A stretch of 64,000 nt of DNA from Scyliorhinus canicula (GCF_902713615.1 NC_052175.1:7023941-7087940), one strand, 5' to 3'. Counted from the first letter of the stretch, positions 14,501 to 28,834 are shown. Made by a program: numbers and translations. The notes: generated from the letters alone by a model not told the origin.

Positions 14501-17500
14501 ATCCTGCCCTCACTGACACTGCCCTCACTGACTCTGCCTCACTGATCCTGCCCTCTGAATCTGCCCTCACTGACTCTGCCCTCACTGATCCTGCCCTCAC
14601 TGATCCTGCCCTCACTGATCCTGCTCTCACTGATCCTGCCCTCACTCATTCTGCCCTCACTTATCCTGCCCTCACTGACACTGCCCTCACTGACTCTGCC
14701 CTCACTGATCCTGCCCTCACTGATCCTAACCTCAATGACACTGCCCACATTGATCCTGCCATCACTGATCCTGCCCTCACTGATCCTGCCCTCACTGATC
14801 CTGCCCTCACTGATCCTGCCCTCACTGATCCTGCCCTCACTGATCCTGCCCTCACTGATCCTGCCCTCACTGATCCTGCCCTCACTGACCCTGCCCTCAC
14901 TGATCCTGCCCTCACTGATCCTGCCCTCACTGATCCTGCCCTCACTCATCCTGCCCTCACTCACCCTGCCCTCACTGATCCTGCCCTCACTGACCCTGCC
15001 CTCACTGATCCTGCCATCACTGACCCTGCCCTCATTGATCCTGCCCTCACTCACTCTGCCCTCACTGAACCTGCCCTCACTCACCCTGACCACACTGATC
15101 CTGCCCTCACTGATCCTGCCCTACCGACTCTGCCCTCACAGATCCTACCCTCACTGATCCTACCCTCACTGACTCTGCCCTCACTGATCCTGCCCTCACT
15201 GATCCTGCCCTCACTGACTCTGCCCTCACTGATCCTGCCCTCACTGATCCTGCCCTCACTGATCCTGCTCTCACTGATCCTGCCCTCACTCATTCTGCCC
15301 TCACTTATCCTGCCCTCACTGACACTGCCCTCACTGACTCTGCCCTCACTGATCCTGCCCTCACTGATCCTAACCTCAATGACACTGCCCACATTGATCC
15401 TGCCATCACTGATCCTGCCCTCACTGATCCTGCCCTCACTGATCCTGTCCTCACTGATCCTGCCCTCACTGATCCTGCCCTCACTGATCCTGCCCTCACT
15501 GATCCTGCCCTCACTGATCCTGCCCTCACTGACCCTGCCCTCACTGATCCTGCCCTCACTAATCCTGCCCTCACTGATCCTGCCCTCACTCATCCTGCCC
15601 TCACTCACCCTGCCCTCACTGATCCTGCCCTCACTGACCCTGCCCTCACTGATCCTGCCATCACTGACCCTGCCCTCATTGATCCTGCCCTCACTCACTC
15701 TGCCCTCACTGAACCTGCCCTCACTCACCCTGACCACACTGATCCTGCCCTCACTGATCCTGCCCTACCGACTCTGCCCTCACAGATCCTACCCTCACTG
15801 ATCCTACCCTCACTGACTCTGCCCTCACTGATCCTGCCCTCACTGATCCTGCCCTCACTGATCCTGCCCTCACTGACTCTGCCCTCACAGATCCTACCCT
15901 CACTGACTCTGCCCTCACAGATCCTACCCTCACTGATCCTGCCCTCACTGATCCTGCCCTCACTGATCCTGCCCTCACTGATCCTGCCCTCACTGATCCT
16001 GCCCTCACTGATCCTGCCCTCACTGATCCTGCCCTCAATGATCCTGCCCTCAATGATCCTGCCCTCACTGATCCTGCCCTCACTGATCCTGCCCTCACTG
16101 ATCCTGCCCTCACTGATCCTGCCCTCACTGATCCTGCCCTCACTGATCCTGCCCTCACTGAATCTGCCCTCACTGATCCTACCCTCACTAATCCATCCCT
16201 CACTGATCCTGCCCTCACTGATCCTACCCTCACTAATCCATCCCTCACTGATCCTACCCTCACTAATCCATCCCTCACTGATCCTGCCCTCACTGACTCT
16301 GCCCTCTCTGATCTTGCCCTCACTGATCCTGCCCTCACTGACCCTGCCCTCTCTGATCTTGCCCTCACTGATCCTGCCCTCACTGATCCTGCCCTCACTG
16401 ATCCTGCCCTCACTGATCCTGCCCTCACTGACCCAAACCTCACTGACCCAACCCTCACTGATCCTGCCCTCACTGACCCAAACCTCACTGACCCAACCCT
16501 CACTGATCCTGCCCTCACACCCTCTGCCCTCACTGACACTGCCCTCACTGATCCTGCCCTCACTGACACTGCCCTCACTGATCCTGCCCTCAGTGATCCT
16601 GCCCTCACAGATCCTGCTCTCGCTGATCCAGCCCTGACAGGTCCTGCCATCACTGCCCCTGCCCTCACTCATCCTGCCCTCACTCATCCTGCCCTCACTC
16701 ATCCTGCCCTCACTGACTCTGCCCTCACTGACTCTGCCCTAACTGATCCTGCCCTCTCTGATCCTGCCCTCACATCCTGCACTCACTGATCCTGCCCACA
16801 CTCTGCCCTCACTGATCCTGCACTCACTGATCCTGCCCTCACTGATCCTGACCTCACTGACCCTGCCCTCAATGACCGTGCTCTCATTGATCCTGCCCTC
16901 TCTGATTCTGCCCTCAGTGAACCTCCCTGCCCTCAGTGATCCTGCCCTCACTGATCCTGCCCTCAGTGATCCTGCCCTCACTGATCCTGCCCTCACTGAC
17001 CCTGCCCTCACTGATCCTGCCCTCACTGATCCTGCCCTCTCTAATCCAGCCCTCACTGATCCTGCCCTCACTGATCCTGCCCACGCTGATCCTGCCCTCA
17101 CTCATCCTGCCCTAACTGATACTGCCCTCTCTGATTCTGCCCTCAGTGATCCTCCCTGCCCTCACTGATCCTGCCCTCAATGATCCTGCCCTCACTGACC
17201 CTGCCCTCACTGACCCTGCCCTCTCTAATCCTGCCCTCTCTAATACTGCCCTCACTGATCCTGCCCTCACTGATCCTGCCCTCACTGATCCTGCCCACAC
17301 TGATCCTGCCCTCACTGATCCTGCCCTCACTGATCCTGCCCTCAATGACCTTGCCGTCACTGATCCTGCCGTCACTGATCCTGCCCTCAATGACACTGCC
17401 CACATTGCCCCTGCCCTCACTGATCCTGCCCTCACTGAATCTGCCCTCACTGATCCTGCCCTCACTGATCCTGCCCTCACTGATCCTGCCCTCACTGATC

Positions 17501-20500
17501 CTGCCCACACTGATCCTGCCCTCACTGATCCTTCCCTCACTGATCCTGCCCTCACTGATCCTGCCCTCACTGACCCAACCCTCACTGACCCAACCCTCAC
17601 TGAACCTGCCCTCACTGATCTACCCTCACATGATCCTGCCCTCACTGAATCTGCTCTCACTCATCATGCTCGCACTCATCCTGCCCTCACTCATCCTGCC
17701 CTCACTGCCCCTGCGCTCACTCACCCGGCCCTCACTCATCCTGCCCCCACTCATCCTGCCCTCACTCATCGTGCTCTCACTCATCCTGCCCTCACTGACT
17801 CTGCCCTAACTGATCCTGCCCTCTCTGACTCTGCACTCACTGACTCTTCCCTCACTGATCCTGCCCTCACTGATCCTGCCCTCACTGATCCTGCCCTCAC
17901 TGATCCTGCCCTCAATGATCCTGCCCTCACTGATCCTGCCCTCACTGATCCTGCCCTCACTGATCCTGCCCTCACTGACCCTGCCCTCACTGACACTGCC
18001 CTCACTCATCCTGCCCTCACTGATCCTGCCCTCACTGATCCTGCCCTCACTGATCCTGCCCTCACTGATCCTGCCCTCACTGATACTGCCCTCACTGATC
18101 CTGCCCTCACTCATCCTGCCCTCACTGATCCTGCCCTCACTCATCCTGCCCTCACTGACCATGTCCTCTCTGATCCTGCCCACACTGATCCTGCCCTCAC
18201 TGATCCTGCCCTCACTGATCCTGCACTTACTGATCCTGCCCTCACTGATCCTGCCCACACTGACCCTGCCCTCACTGATCCTGCCCTCACTGATCCTGCC
18301 CACACTGATCCTGCACTTACTGATCCTGCCCTCACTGATCCTGCCCTCACTGATCCTGCCCTCACTGACTCTGCCCTCACTGACTCTGCCCTCACAGATC
18401 CTGCCCTCACTGATCCTGCCCTCACTGATCCTGCCCTCACTGACCCTGCTCTCACTGATCCTACCCTCACAGATCCTGCCCTCACTGATCCTGCCCACAC
18501 TGACTCTGCCCTCACTGATCGTGCCCCTCACTGATCCTGCCCTCACTGATCCTTCCCTCACTGATCCTGCTTCACTGATCCTGCCCTCACTGATCCTGCC
18601 CTCACTGATCCTGCCCTCACTGATCCTGCCCTCACTGATCCTACCCTCACTGATCCTGCCCTCTCTGATCCTGCCCTCACTGATCCTGCCCTCACTGATC
18701 CTGCCTCCACTGACCCTGCCCTCACTGACTCTGGGCTCACTGAGGATGCCATCAGTGATCCTGTCCTCATTCATCCTGCCCTCACTCATCCTGCCCTCAT
18801 TGATCCTGCCCTCACTCATCCTGCCCTCACTGATCCTGCCCTCACTCATCCTGCCCTCACACCCTCTGCCTCACTGACCCTGCCCTCACTCATCCTGCCC
18901 TCACACCCTCTGCCTCACTGATCCTGCCCTCACTGACACTGCCCTCACTGACACTGCCCTCACTGATCCTGCCCACACTGATCCTGCCCTCACTGATCCT
19001 GCCCTCACTGATCCTGCCCTCACTGATCCTGCCCTCACTGATCCTGCCCTCACTGATCCTGCCCACACTGATCCTGCCCTCACTGATCCTGCCCTCACTG
19101 ACCCTGCCCTCACTGATCCTGCCCTCACTGACTCTGCCCTCACTGATCCTGCCCTCACTCATCCTGCCCTCACACCCTCTGCCTCACTGATCCTGCCCTC
19201 ACTGACTCTGCCCTCACTGATCCTGCCCTCACTGACTCTGCCCTCACTGATCCTGCCCTCACTCATCCTGCCCTCACACCCTCTGCCCTCACTGATCGTG
19301 CCCCTCACTGATCCTGCCCTCACTGATCCTGCCCTCACTGACTCTGCCCTCACTGATCCTGCCCTCACTCATCCTGCCCTCACTGATCCTGCCCTCACTC
19401 ATCCTGCCCCAACTGATACTGCCCTCAGTGATCCTCCCTGCCCTCAATGATCCTGCCCTCACTGATCCTGCCCTCACTGATCCAGCCCTCACTGATCCTG
19501 CCCTCACTGATCCTGTCCTCACTGTCCTTGTCCTCACTGATCCTGCCCTCTCTGATCCTGCCCTCACTGATCCTGACCTCACTCACTCTGCCCTCACTGA
19601 TCCTGCCCTCACTGATCCTGCCCTCTCTGATCCTGCCCTCGCTGATCCTGCCCTCACTGATCCTGCCCTCACTGATCCTGCCCTCACTGACCCTGCCCTC
19701 ACTCACTCTGCCCTCACTGATCCTGCCCTCACTGACCCTGCCCTCTCTGATCCTGCCCTCTCTGATCCTGCCCTCACATCCTGCACTCACTGATCCTGCC
19801 CTCACTGATCCTGCCCTCACTGATCCTGCCCTCGCTGATCCTGACCTCACTGACCCTGCCCTCAATGACCGTGCTCTCATTGATCCTGCCCTCTCTGATT
19901 CTGCCCTCAGTGAACCTCCCTGCCCTCAGTGATCCTGCCCTCACTGACCCTGACCTCAGTGATCCTGCCCTCACTGATCCTGCCCTCACTGACCCTGCCC
20001 TCACTGATCCTGCCCTCACTGATCCTGCCCTCTCTAATCCAGCCCTCACTGATCCTGCCCTCACTGATCCTGCCCACGCTGATCCTGCCCTCACTCATTC
20101 TGCCCTCACTGATCCTGCCCACACTGATCCTACCTTCACTGATCCTGCCCTCACTCATCCTGCCCTAACTGATACTGCCCTCTCTGATTCTGCCCTCAGT
20201 GATCCTCCCTGCCCTCACTGATCCTGCCCTCAATGATCCTGCCCTCACTGATCCTGCCCTCACTGACCCTGCCCTCTCTAATCCTGCCCTCTCTAATACA
20301 GCCCTCACTGATCCTGCCCTCACTGATCCTGCCCTCACTGATCCTGCCCACACTGATCCTGCCCTCACTGATCCTGCCCTCACTGATCCTGCCCTCAATG
20401 ACCTTGCCGTCACTGATCCTGCCGTCACTGATCCTGCCCTCAATGACGCTGCCCACATTGCCGCTGCCCTCACTGATCCTGCCCTCACTGAATCTGCCCT

Positions 20501-23500
20501 CACTGATCCTGCCCTCACTGATCCTGCCCTCACTGATCCTGCCCTCACTGATGCTGCCCACACTGATCCTGCCCTCACTGATCCTTCCCTCACTGATCCT
20601 GCCCTCCCTGATCCTGCCCTCACTGACCCAACCCTCACTGACCCAACCCTCACTGAACCTGCCCTCACTGATCTACCCTCACATGATCCTGCCCTCACTG
20701 AATCTGCTCTCACTCATCATGCTCTCACTCATCCTGCCCTCACTCATCCTGCCCTCACACCCTCTGCCCTCACTGCCCCTGCGCTCACTCACCCGGCCCT
20801 CACTCATCCTGCCCCCACTCATCCTGCCCTCACTCATCGTGCTCTCACTCATCCTGCCCTCACTGACTCTGCCCTAACTGATCCTGCCCTCTCTGACTCT
20901 GCACTCACTGACTCTTCCCTCACTGATCCTGCCCTCACTGATCCTGCCCTCACTGATCCTGCCCTCATCCTGCCCTCAATGATCATGCCCTCACTGATCC
21001 TGCCCTCACTGATCCTGCCCTCACTGATCCTGCCCTCACTGATCCTGCACTCACTGACCCTGCCCTCACTGACACTGCCCTCACTCATCCTGCCCTCACT
21101 GATCCTGCCCTCACTGATCCTGCCCTCACTGATCCTGCCCTCACTCATCCTGCCCTCACTGATCCTGCCCTCACTCATCCTGCCCTCACTGACCATGTCC
21201 TCTCTGATCCTGCCCTCACTGATCCTGCCCTCACTGATCCTGCCCTCACTGACTCTGCCCTCACTGACTCTGCCCTCACAGATCCTGCCCTCACTGATCC
21301 TGCCCTCACTGATCCTGCCCTCACTGATCCTGCCCTCACTGATCCTGCCCTCACTGACCCTGCTCTCACTGATCCTACCCTCACTCATCCTGCCCTCACT
21401 GATCCTGCCCTCACTGACTCTGCCCTCACTGATCCTGCCCTCACTGATCCTGCTTCACTGATCCTGCCCTCACTGATCCTGCCCTCACTGATCCTGCCCT
21501 CACTGATCCTGCCCTCACTGATCCTACCCTCACTGATCCTGCCCTCACTCATCCTGCCCTCACACCCTCTGCCTCACTGACCCTGCCCTCACTCATCCTG
21601 CCCTCACACCCTCTGCCTCACTGATCCTGCCCTCACTGATCCTGCCCTCACTGATCCTGCCCACACTGATCCTGCCCTCACTGATCCTGCCCTCACTGAC
21701 CCTGCCCTCACTGATCCTGCCCTCACTGACACTGCCCTCACCGATCCTGCCCTCACTCATCCTGCCCTCACACCCTCTGCCTCACTGATCCTGCCCTCAC
21801 TGACTCTGCCCTCACTGATCCTGCCCTCACTCATCCTGCCCTCACACCCTCTGCCTCACTGATCCTGCCCTCACTGATCGTGCCCCTCACTGATCCTGCC
21901 CTCACTCATCCTGCCCTCACTGACTCTGCCCTCACTGATCCTGCCCTCACTCATCCTGCCCTCACTGATCCTGCCCTCACTGACCTTGCCCTCACTGATC
22001 CTGCCCTCTCTGATCCTGCCCTCACTGATCCTGACCTCACTCACTCTGCCCTCACTGATCCTGCCCTCACTGATCCTGCCCTCACTGATCCTGCCCTCAC
22101 TGATCCTGCCCTCACTGATCCAGCCCTCACTGATCCTGCCCTCACTGATCCTGCCTTCACTGATCCAGCCCTCACTGATCCTGCCCTCACTGATCCAGCC
22201 CTCACTGATCCTGCCCTCTCTGATCCTGCCTTCACTGATCCAGCCCTCACTGATCCTGCCCTCACTGATCCTGCCCTCACTGATCCAGCCCTCACTGATC
22301 CTGCCCTCACTGATCCAGCCCTCACTGATCCTGCCCTCTCTGATCCTGCCCTCGCTGATCCTGCCCTCACTGATCCTGCCCTCACTGATCCTGCCCTCAC
22401 TGACCCTGCACACACTACCTGCCATCACTGATCCTGCCCTCACTGATCCTGACCTCACTCACTCTGCCCTCACTGATCCTGCCCTCACTGATCCTGCCAT
22501 CAATGATCCTGCCCTCACTCACCCTGCCCTCACTGATCCTGCCATCACTGACCCTGCCCTCACTGATCCTGCCCTCACTCACTCTGCCCTCACTGAACCT
22601 GCCCTCACTCACCCTGCCCTCTCTGATCCTGCCCTCACTCACCCTGCCCTCACTGATGCTGCCCTCACTCACCCTGCCCTCTCTGATCCTGCCCTCACTG
22701 ATCCTGCCCTCACTGATCCTGCCCTCACTGATCCTGCCCTCACTGATCCTGCCCTCACTGATCCTGCCCTCACTGATGCTGCCCTCACTGATCCTGCCCT
22801 CACTCACCCTGCCCTCACTGATGCTGCCCTCACTCACCCTGCCCTCTCTGATCCTGCCCTCACTGATCCTGCCCTCACTGATCCTGCCCTCACTGATCCT
22901 GCCCTCACTGATCCTGCCCTCACTGATCCTGCCCTCACTGATCCTGCCCTCACTGATCCTGCCCTCGCTGATCCTGCCCTCACTGATCCTGCCCTCACTG
23001 ACTCTGCCCTCACTGATCCTGCCCTCACTGATCCTGCCCTCAGATCCTGCCCTCACTGATCCTGCCCTCTCTGATCCTGCCCTCACTGATCCTGCCCTCA
23101 CTGATCCTGCCCTCACTGACCCTGCCCTCACTGATCCTGCCCTCACTGATCCTGCCCTCACTGATCCTGCCCTCACTGATCCTGCCCTCTCTGATCCTGC
23201 CCTCACTGATCCTGCCCTCACTGATCCTGCCCTCACTGACCCTGCCCTCACTGATCCTGCCCTCACTGATCCTGCCCTCTCTGATCCTGCCCACACTGAT
23301 CCTGCCCTCACTCACCCTGCCTTCACTGATCCTGCCCTCACTGATCCTGCCCTCTCTGATCCTGCCCTCACTGACCATGCCCTCACTGATCCTGCCCTCA
23401 CACCCTGCCCTCACGGGTCCTTCCCTTACTCACCCTGCCCTCACTGATCCTGCCCTCACTGATCCTGCCCTCTCTGATCCTGCCCTCACTGATCCTGCCC

Positions 23501-24220
23501 TCACTGATCCTGCCCTCACTGATCCTGCCCTCACTGATCCTGTCCTCACTGATCCTGCCCTCTCTGATCCTGCCCTCACTGATCCTGCCCTCACTGATCC
23601 TGCCCTACTGTCTCTGCCCTCACTGATCCTGCCCTCACTGATCCTGCCTTCTCTGATCCTGCCCTCACTGATCCTGCCCTCACTGATCCTGCCCTCACGG
23701 ATCCTGCCCTCACTCATCCTGCCCTCACTGACCCTGCCCTCACTGATCCTGCCCTCACTGATCCTGCCCTCACTGATCCTGCCCTCACTGATCCTGCCCT
23801 CTCTGATCCTGCCCTCACTGATCCTGCCTTCTCTGATCCTGCCCTCACTGATCCTGCCCTCACTGATCCTGCCTTCACTGATCCTGCCCTCACTGATCCT
23901 GCCCTCACTGATCCTGCCCTCACTGATCCTGCCCTCACTGATCCTGCCCTCACTGATCCTGCCCTCACTGATCCTGCCTTCACTGATCCTGCCCTCACTG
24001 ATCCTGCCCTCACTGATCCTGCCTCACTGATCCTGCCCTCACTGATCCTGCCCTCACTGATCCTGCCCTCACTGATCCTGCCCTACTGTCTCTGCCCTCA
24101 CTGATCCTGCCCTCACTGATCCTGCCCTACTGTCTCTGCCCTCACTGATCCTGCCCTCACTGATCCTGCCCTCACTGATCCTGCCCTCTCTGATCCTGTC
24201 CTCACTGATCCTGCCCTCAC
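2508..24220. repeat. 21.7-kb tandem array of 15-bp unit ACTGATCCTGCCCTC (about 1,400 units)
   Basis: Direct reading; variant units (GACTCT, CATCCT, GACCCT) and 1-bp indels; all TDPAL/LILPS/SEGRI/SVRAG ORFs derive from it. Confidence 0.99.
10936..11053. other. Assembly gap inside the array
   Basis: Run of 118 N. Confidence 1.
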
Positions 24221-24223
24221 CTG

Positions 24224-24337
24224 GCTGGGGCCCAGGGTGTTGGCTGGGGCCCAGGGTGTTGGCTGGGGCCCAGGGTGTTGGCTGGGGCCCAGGGTGTTGG
24301 CTGGGGCCCAGGGTGTTGGCTGGGGCCCAGGGTGTTG
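24224..24337. repeat. Six perfect copies of 19-bp GCTGGGGCCCAGGGTGTTG
   Basis: Direct reading, abuts the 15-bp array. Confidence 0.95.
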
Positions 24338-26688
24338 GAACAGAATCCCAAACCCAGAAGGGTAACATGGAACCCTCGTTTGAAGTGTTTCTTTGCTACA
24401 ATGTGAGGAACAGTCCTCTCGTGTGAACAATTAATAAAGAATATGTATTCACTTAAAAGACAGAATCACACACAGCTAGAAGGATTAGGATACACTATGC
24501 TGAAGTATACTGATCATTATGCACACATTGTTTTACAGGAAACTATCTCTTGGTCCCCCGCTACCCGAGATACATCCCTTTCCCAAACATTCAATTTTTA
24601 AATAACTATGAGCTAAAACCAGGAAATAGTTACCACAATCACGTTAAGTCGTCACGTCTGGGAAATAGTCAGCAGGTTCAGCAAGGCAGAAAATGGCTGC
24701 TTTCTTTCAGGAGACTAAATCTGCAGCTTGCGTAAGTTCTGACGTTAGCCGTCTCTCTCTCTCTCTGTCTCTTGTCCTGTCATGTTCCACAGTGAAACCA
24801 TTTTTTCCCTTATTCACCCTGTGCAGTTGGCTTTTGGCCTGTACATATCAACTCCCTTATCCCTCCATCTTGAAGTTTCTCCCCCTCTCTCTCCATTGTT
24901 TTCTCTGCTCCCGTGTGTGAAATACTTGTTTCGCCCACTGATCGACGAGTTCCCATCTCTCCAGCCGTCTGCTTCCAATCACCTCTTTCTTAAATCTTAA
25001 TTTTCCCCTTTCTTAACAGTTTAAGGTTGCGAAATTGGATTTGATTTATTGCCACATGTACCGAAGTACAGTGAAAAGTATTTTTCTGCGGCCGAGGGAA
25101 CATACAAAGTACGTACATAGTAGACAGAAGAATAATCAACAGAGAACATTGACAAATTGTACATGGACAAACAGGGATTGGTTACAATGCGGAACAAGGG
25201 CTAAACAAAGCAAATACATCAGCAAATTTCCTATTTTACGGCTATTTAAAATTTTGAGTTTTGAGCTAAAACTTTAACTGATGTTGATATTGTTCGGAGC
25301 TGGGTAAAGTCAGAAGGTCTTTTATTACAGGCGTGCAGGGGAGAGATTCACTCTCGAGTCTCCCGAAGAATCCGTTTACTTTTGCACGGTTATAAACGGT
25401 ACGATGGAACTCTCTACATGGTCAACCTTATTCCGTCTGCTTCTGGCCTTCATGTTTACCGACGAAGTTCACACTATCACAGATAAGCAAGCCAAGAGTT
25501 CTGTGACAAAATTGAAAAAGTAATCGATGAATATGTAGGTTTTAACTGCACGGGTGAGGTGTCGAAGGCGGTTGTCTGGGAGGCTCTAAAGGCGGTGGTG
25601 ACGGGTGAGGTGATCTCGTTCAAGGCCAGGCTAGACAAAGAGGAGATGTTGAAACGTCAGAGGGTAATTGATGAGATGCTGGAGGTAAACAGGAGGTATG
25701 CAGAAGATAGGGACCCAGCGCAGTTGGAAAAGAGGAAGGAACTCCAGGCGATCTTTGACCGACTATCTACCAGGAAAGCGGTACGCCAATTGAGGAGAGC
25801 CAGGGGGGCAGTTTACGAGCATGGAGAAAAGACCGTATGTTAGTGGGTCAGCTCCGTAGGGAGGCTGCAGCAAGGGAAATTGTCTAGCTGTGGGACAGGG
25901 CTGGGAAGTTGGTGGTAGCTCCAGATCAGATTAAGAAGGTATTTAAGGAATTCTATGAGAGATTGTCCAGGGGGAGGCTGGGATTGTACCTGGGGGAGGC
26001 CGGGATTGTACAGGGGGAGGCTGGGATTGTACCTGGGGGAGGCCGGGAGAAGCTGGCATTTCTAGATGGGTTGGAGTACCCAAGGCTAGGGGAGGGGGAC
26101 AGGGCTACAGTAGAAGGGGTAATACTGGAGCAGGAGATAAAGGATGCGATTGGGAGGATGCAGTCGGGAAGGTGGCAGGGCCGGATGGGTTTCCGGTTGA
26201 ATATTATAAAAAATTCAGGGATAAGCTGGTACCGCTGTTGATGGGAATGTTTGAGGAGGAGATAGGGAAGGGGGGTATTACCACAAATCGTGGGGCAGGC
26301 ATCGACTTCCCTGTTACTTGGGAAAGATAAGGATCTGAGTGTGGGTCGTGTAGGCCCATCAATGGTGGAAGCAAAGCTATTGGCAAAGTTACTGGTGGGT
26401 AGGCTGGAGGAGTGCCTCCCGAAGGTGATAGGTGAAGATCAGACGGGGTTTGTGAGAGGGAGGCAGCTCTTTTCAAACATTAGGAGGGTATTGAACGTGG
26501 CTATGGCTCCGGTGGAGGGGAAGGGAACAGAGGTGGGTGTGGCATTGGACGCTGAGAAGGTGTTTGACCAGGTAGAATGGGAATACTTGATGGCAGTTCT
26601 AGAGCGGTTTGTGATTGGACCATGATTTGTGGACTGGGTAAAGCTATTATCTAAGGAGCCGAGGGCCAGTGTCCGCACAAATAACATC

Positions 26689-27317
26689 AGCTCGGAATAC
26701 ATTCCTCCCCACTGTGCGACTAGGCAGCTCGGAATACATTCCTCCCCACCGTGGGACTGGGCAGCTCGGAATACATTCCTCCCCACCGTGGGACTGGGCA
26801 GCTCGGAATACATTCCTCCCCACCGTGGGACTGGGCAGCTCGGAATACATTCCTCCCCACCGTGGGACTGGGCAGCTCGGAATACATTCCTCCCCACCGT
26901 GGGACTGGGCAGCTCGGAATACATTCCTCCCCACCGTGGGACTGGGCAGCTCGGAATACATTCCTCCCCACCGTGGGACTGGGCAGCTCGGAATACATTC
27001 CTCCCCACCGTGGGACTGGGCAGCTCGGAATACATTCCTCCCCACCGTGGGACTAGGCAGCTCGGAATACATTCCTCCCCACCGTGGGACTGGGCAGCTC
27101 GGAATACATTCCTCCCCACCGTGGGACTGGGCAGCTCGGAATACATTCCTCCCCACCGTGGGACTGGGCAGCTCGGAATACATTCCTCCCCACCGTGGGA
27201 CTGGGCAGCTCGGAATACATTCCTCCCCACCGTGGGACTAGGCAGCTCGGAATACATTCCTCCCCACCGTGGGACTAGGCAGCTCGGAATACATTCCTCC
27301 CCACCATGCGACTAGGC
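26689..27317 (+). repeat. 17 x 37-bp minisatellite AGCTCGGAATACATTCCTCCCCACCGTGGGACTGGGC derived from L1 RT sequence
   Basis: 629 bp = 17 x 37; unit encodes SSEYIPPHRGT(R/G)Q. Confidence 0.95.
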
Positions 27318-28308
27318 AGGGATGTCCTGTGGATGGAAATGGATTCCTTTCCATAACTCCGAACATCTTCATGCGATGGCCAATGGCTCAATGGTCGCCT
27401 CCCTGCTTTTTGCACTCGCGATTGAGCTACTGGCCATCGCATTAAGAAGTTTGGGGGAAAGGAATAGTGAGGGAGGGGAGATGGAACATAGGGTGTCCTT
27501 ATACTCCGATTACTTATTATACGTGTTGGAACCGAGTGTGTCAATAGGGGGAATGCTGGAGCTGCTTCGAGTGTTTCGGTCTTTCTCGGGTACAAATTAA
27601 ATCGTGACAAGAGTGAGTATTTGTGGTGTCTCGGCTGGGGGTGGGGGCTGGTCTTGGGAGGGGGGGGGGGAAGCTGCCATTCCGTAGGGCAGGGACTCAC
27701 TTTAAATACCTGGGGGTGCAGGTTGCCCGGGAGTGGGTGGGAGCTCCACAGGTACAACATTTCTAGTTTGGTGGGGAGAGTGAAAGCTGATCTGGCAAGG
27801 TGGGATGGTCTCCCTCTGTCACTGGCGGGTCGGGTACAGGCGGTTAAAATGAACATGTTGCCACGATTTCTGTTTCTTTTTCAATGCCTACCGATCTTCC
27901 TGCCAAAAGGCATTTTTAGAGAGATTGAGGGAAGGATTACCTCGTTTATATGGGAGGGAAGGTGGCCAGAATTAAAAAGGGGCTGCTACAGAGGGGAAGG
28001 CAGGCAGGGGGTTTTGGGTCTCACGAACCTGATGTATTATTACTGGGTGGCGAATGTGGAGAAAGTGCGGAGCTGGGTCAGAGGGGTTGACTCCCAATGG
28101 GTCAGAATGGAGGAGAGTTTGGGTAGGGGGCTGGGATTGAAGGTGCTAGTGACAGCGCCTCTCCCGACGCCCCCGGTGGAGATACTCAGGGAGTCCGTTA
28201 ATAATAGCTTCGTTGAGAATTTGGAGGCAGTTTCACCAACACTTTGGGTAGGGGGCAGGGTCAAGGGAAATGTCGATTCAGGGGAATGATAGATTTGAGC
28301 CAGGGAAG

Positions 28309-28643
28309 TAGACATAGACATAGACATAGAACAGTACAGCACAGAACAGGCCCTTCGGCCCTCGATGTTGTGCCGAACAATGATCACCCTACTTAAACCC
28401 ACGTAACCCGTATACCCATAACCCAACAATCCCCCCATTAACCTTACACTACGGGCAATTTAGCATGGCCAATACACCTAACCCGCACATCTTTGGACTG
28501 TGGGAGGAAACCGGAGCACCCGGAGGAAACCCACGCACACACGGGGAGGACGTGCAGACTCCACACAGACAGTGACCCAGCCGGGAATCGAACCTGGGAC
28601 CCTGGAGCTGTGAAGCATTGATGCTAACCACCATGCTACCGTG
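28309..28643 (-). mobile_element. V-SINE (HE1-like) with (TCTATG)n tail inside the L1
   Basis: tRNA-like head, V core, GGGCCGAAGGGCCTGTTCTGTGCTGTAC tail. Confidence 0.9.
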
Positions 28644-28834
28644 AGGCCGAGTGGGATGGAAATTTTCGGAGATGGGAGGAGAAAGTGATTTGAACATAAA
28701 GATTTATTTCTTGGGGGTTGTTTTGCGGGATTGAAGGAGTTGGGAGTGAAGTACGGGCTGCAGCAGGGGGAAATATTTCGATACTTGCAGGTTTGAGACT
28801 TTGCCAGAAAGGAGATACAGAGCTTCCTGGTGGA

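Noticed and set aside
5903-23447. Very long ORFs (up to 1253 aa) of TDPAL/LILPS/SEGRI/SVRAG repeats
   Set aside because: A 15-bp unit is stop-free in four of six frames by construction; frames switch at 1-bp indels; no signal peptide, unique domain or splice context
24400-25000. Possible solo LTR after the satellite
   Set aside because: Starts with TG and has AATAAA, but no matching CA end, TSD, PBS or second copy was identifiable
26689-27317. CRISPR-like 37-bp repeats (also 58075-58757 and 62446-63107)
   Set aside because: Head-to-tail with no spacers, no cas genes, eukaryotic context; the two 37-bp arrays are unrelated in sequence
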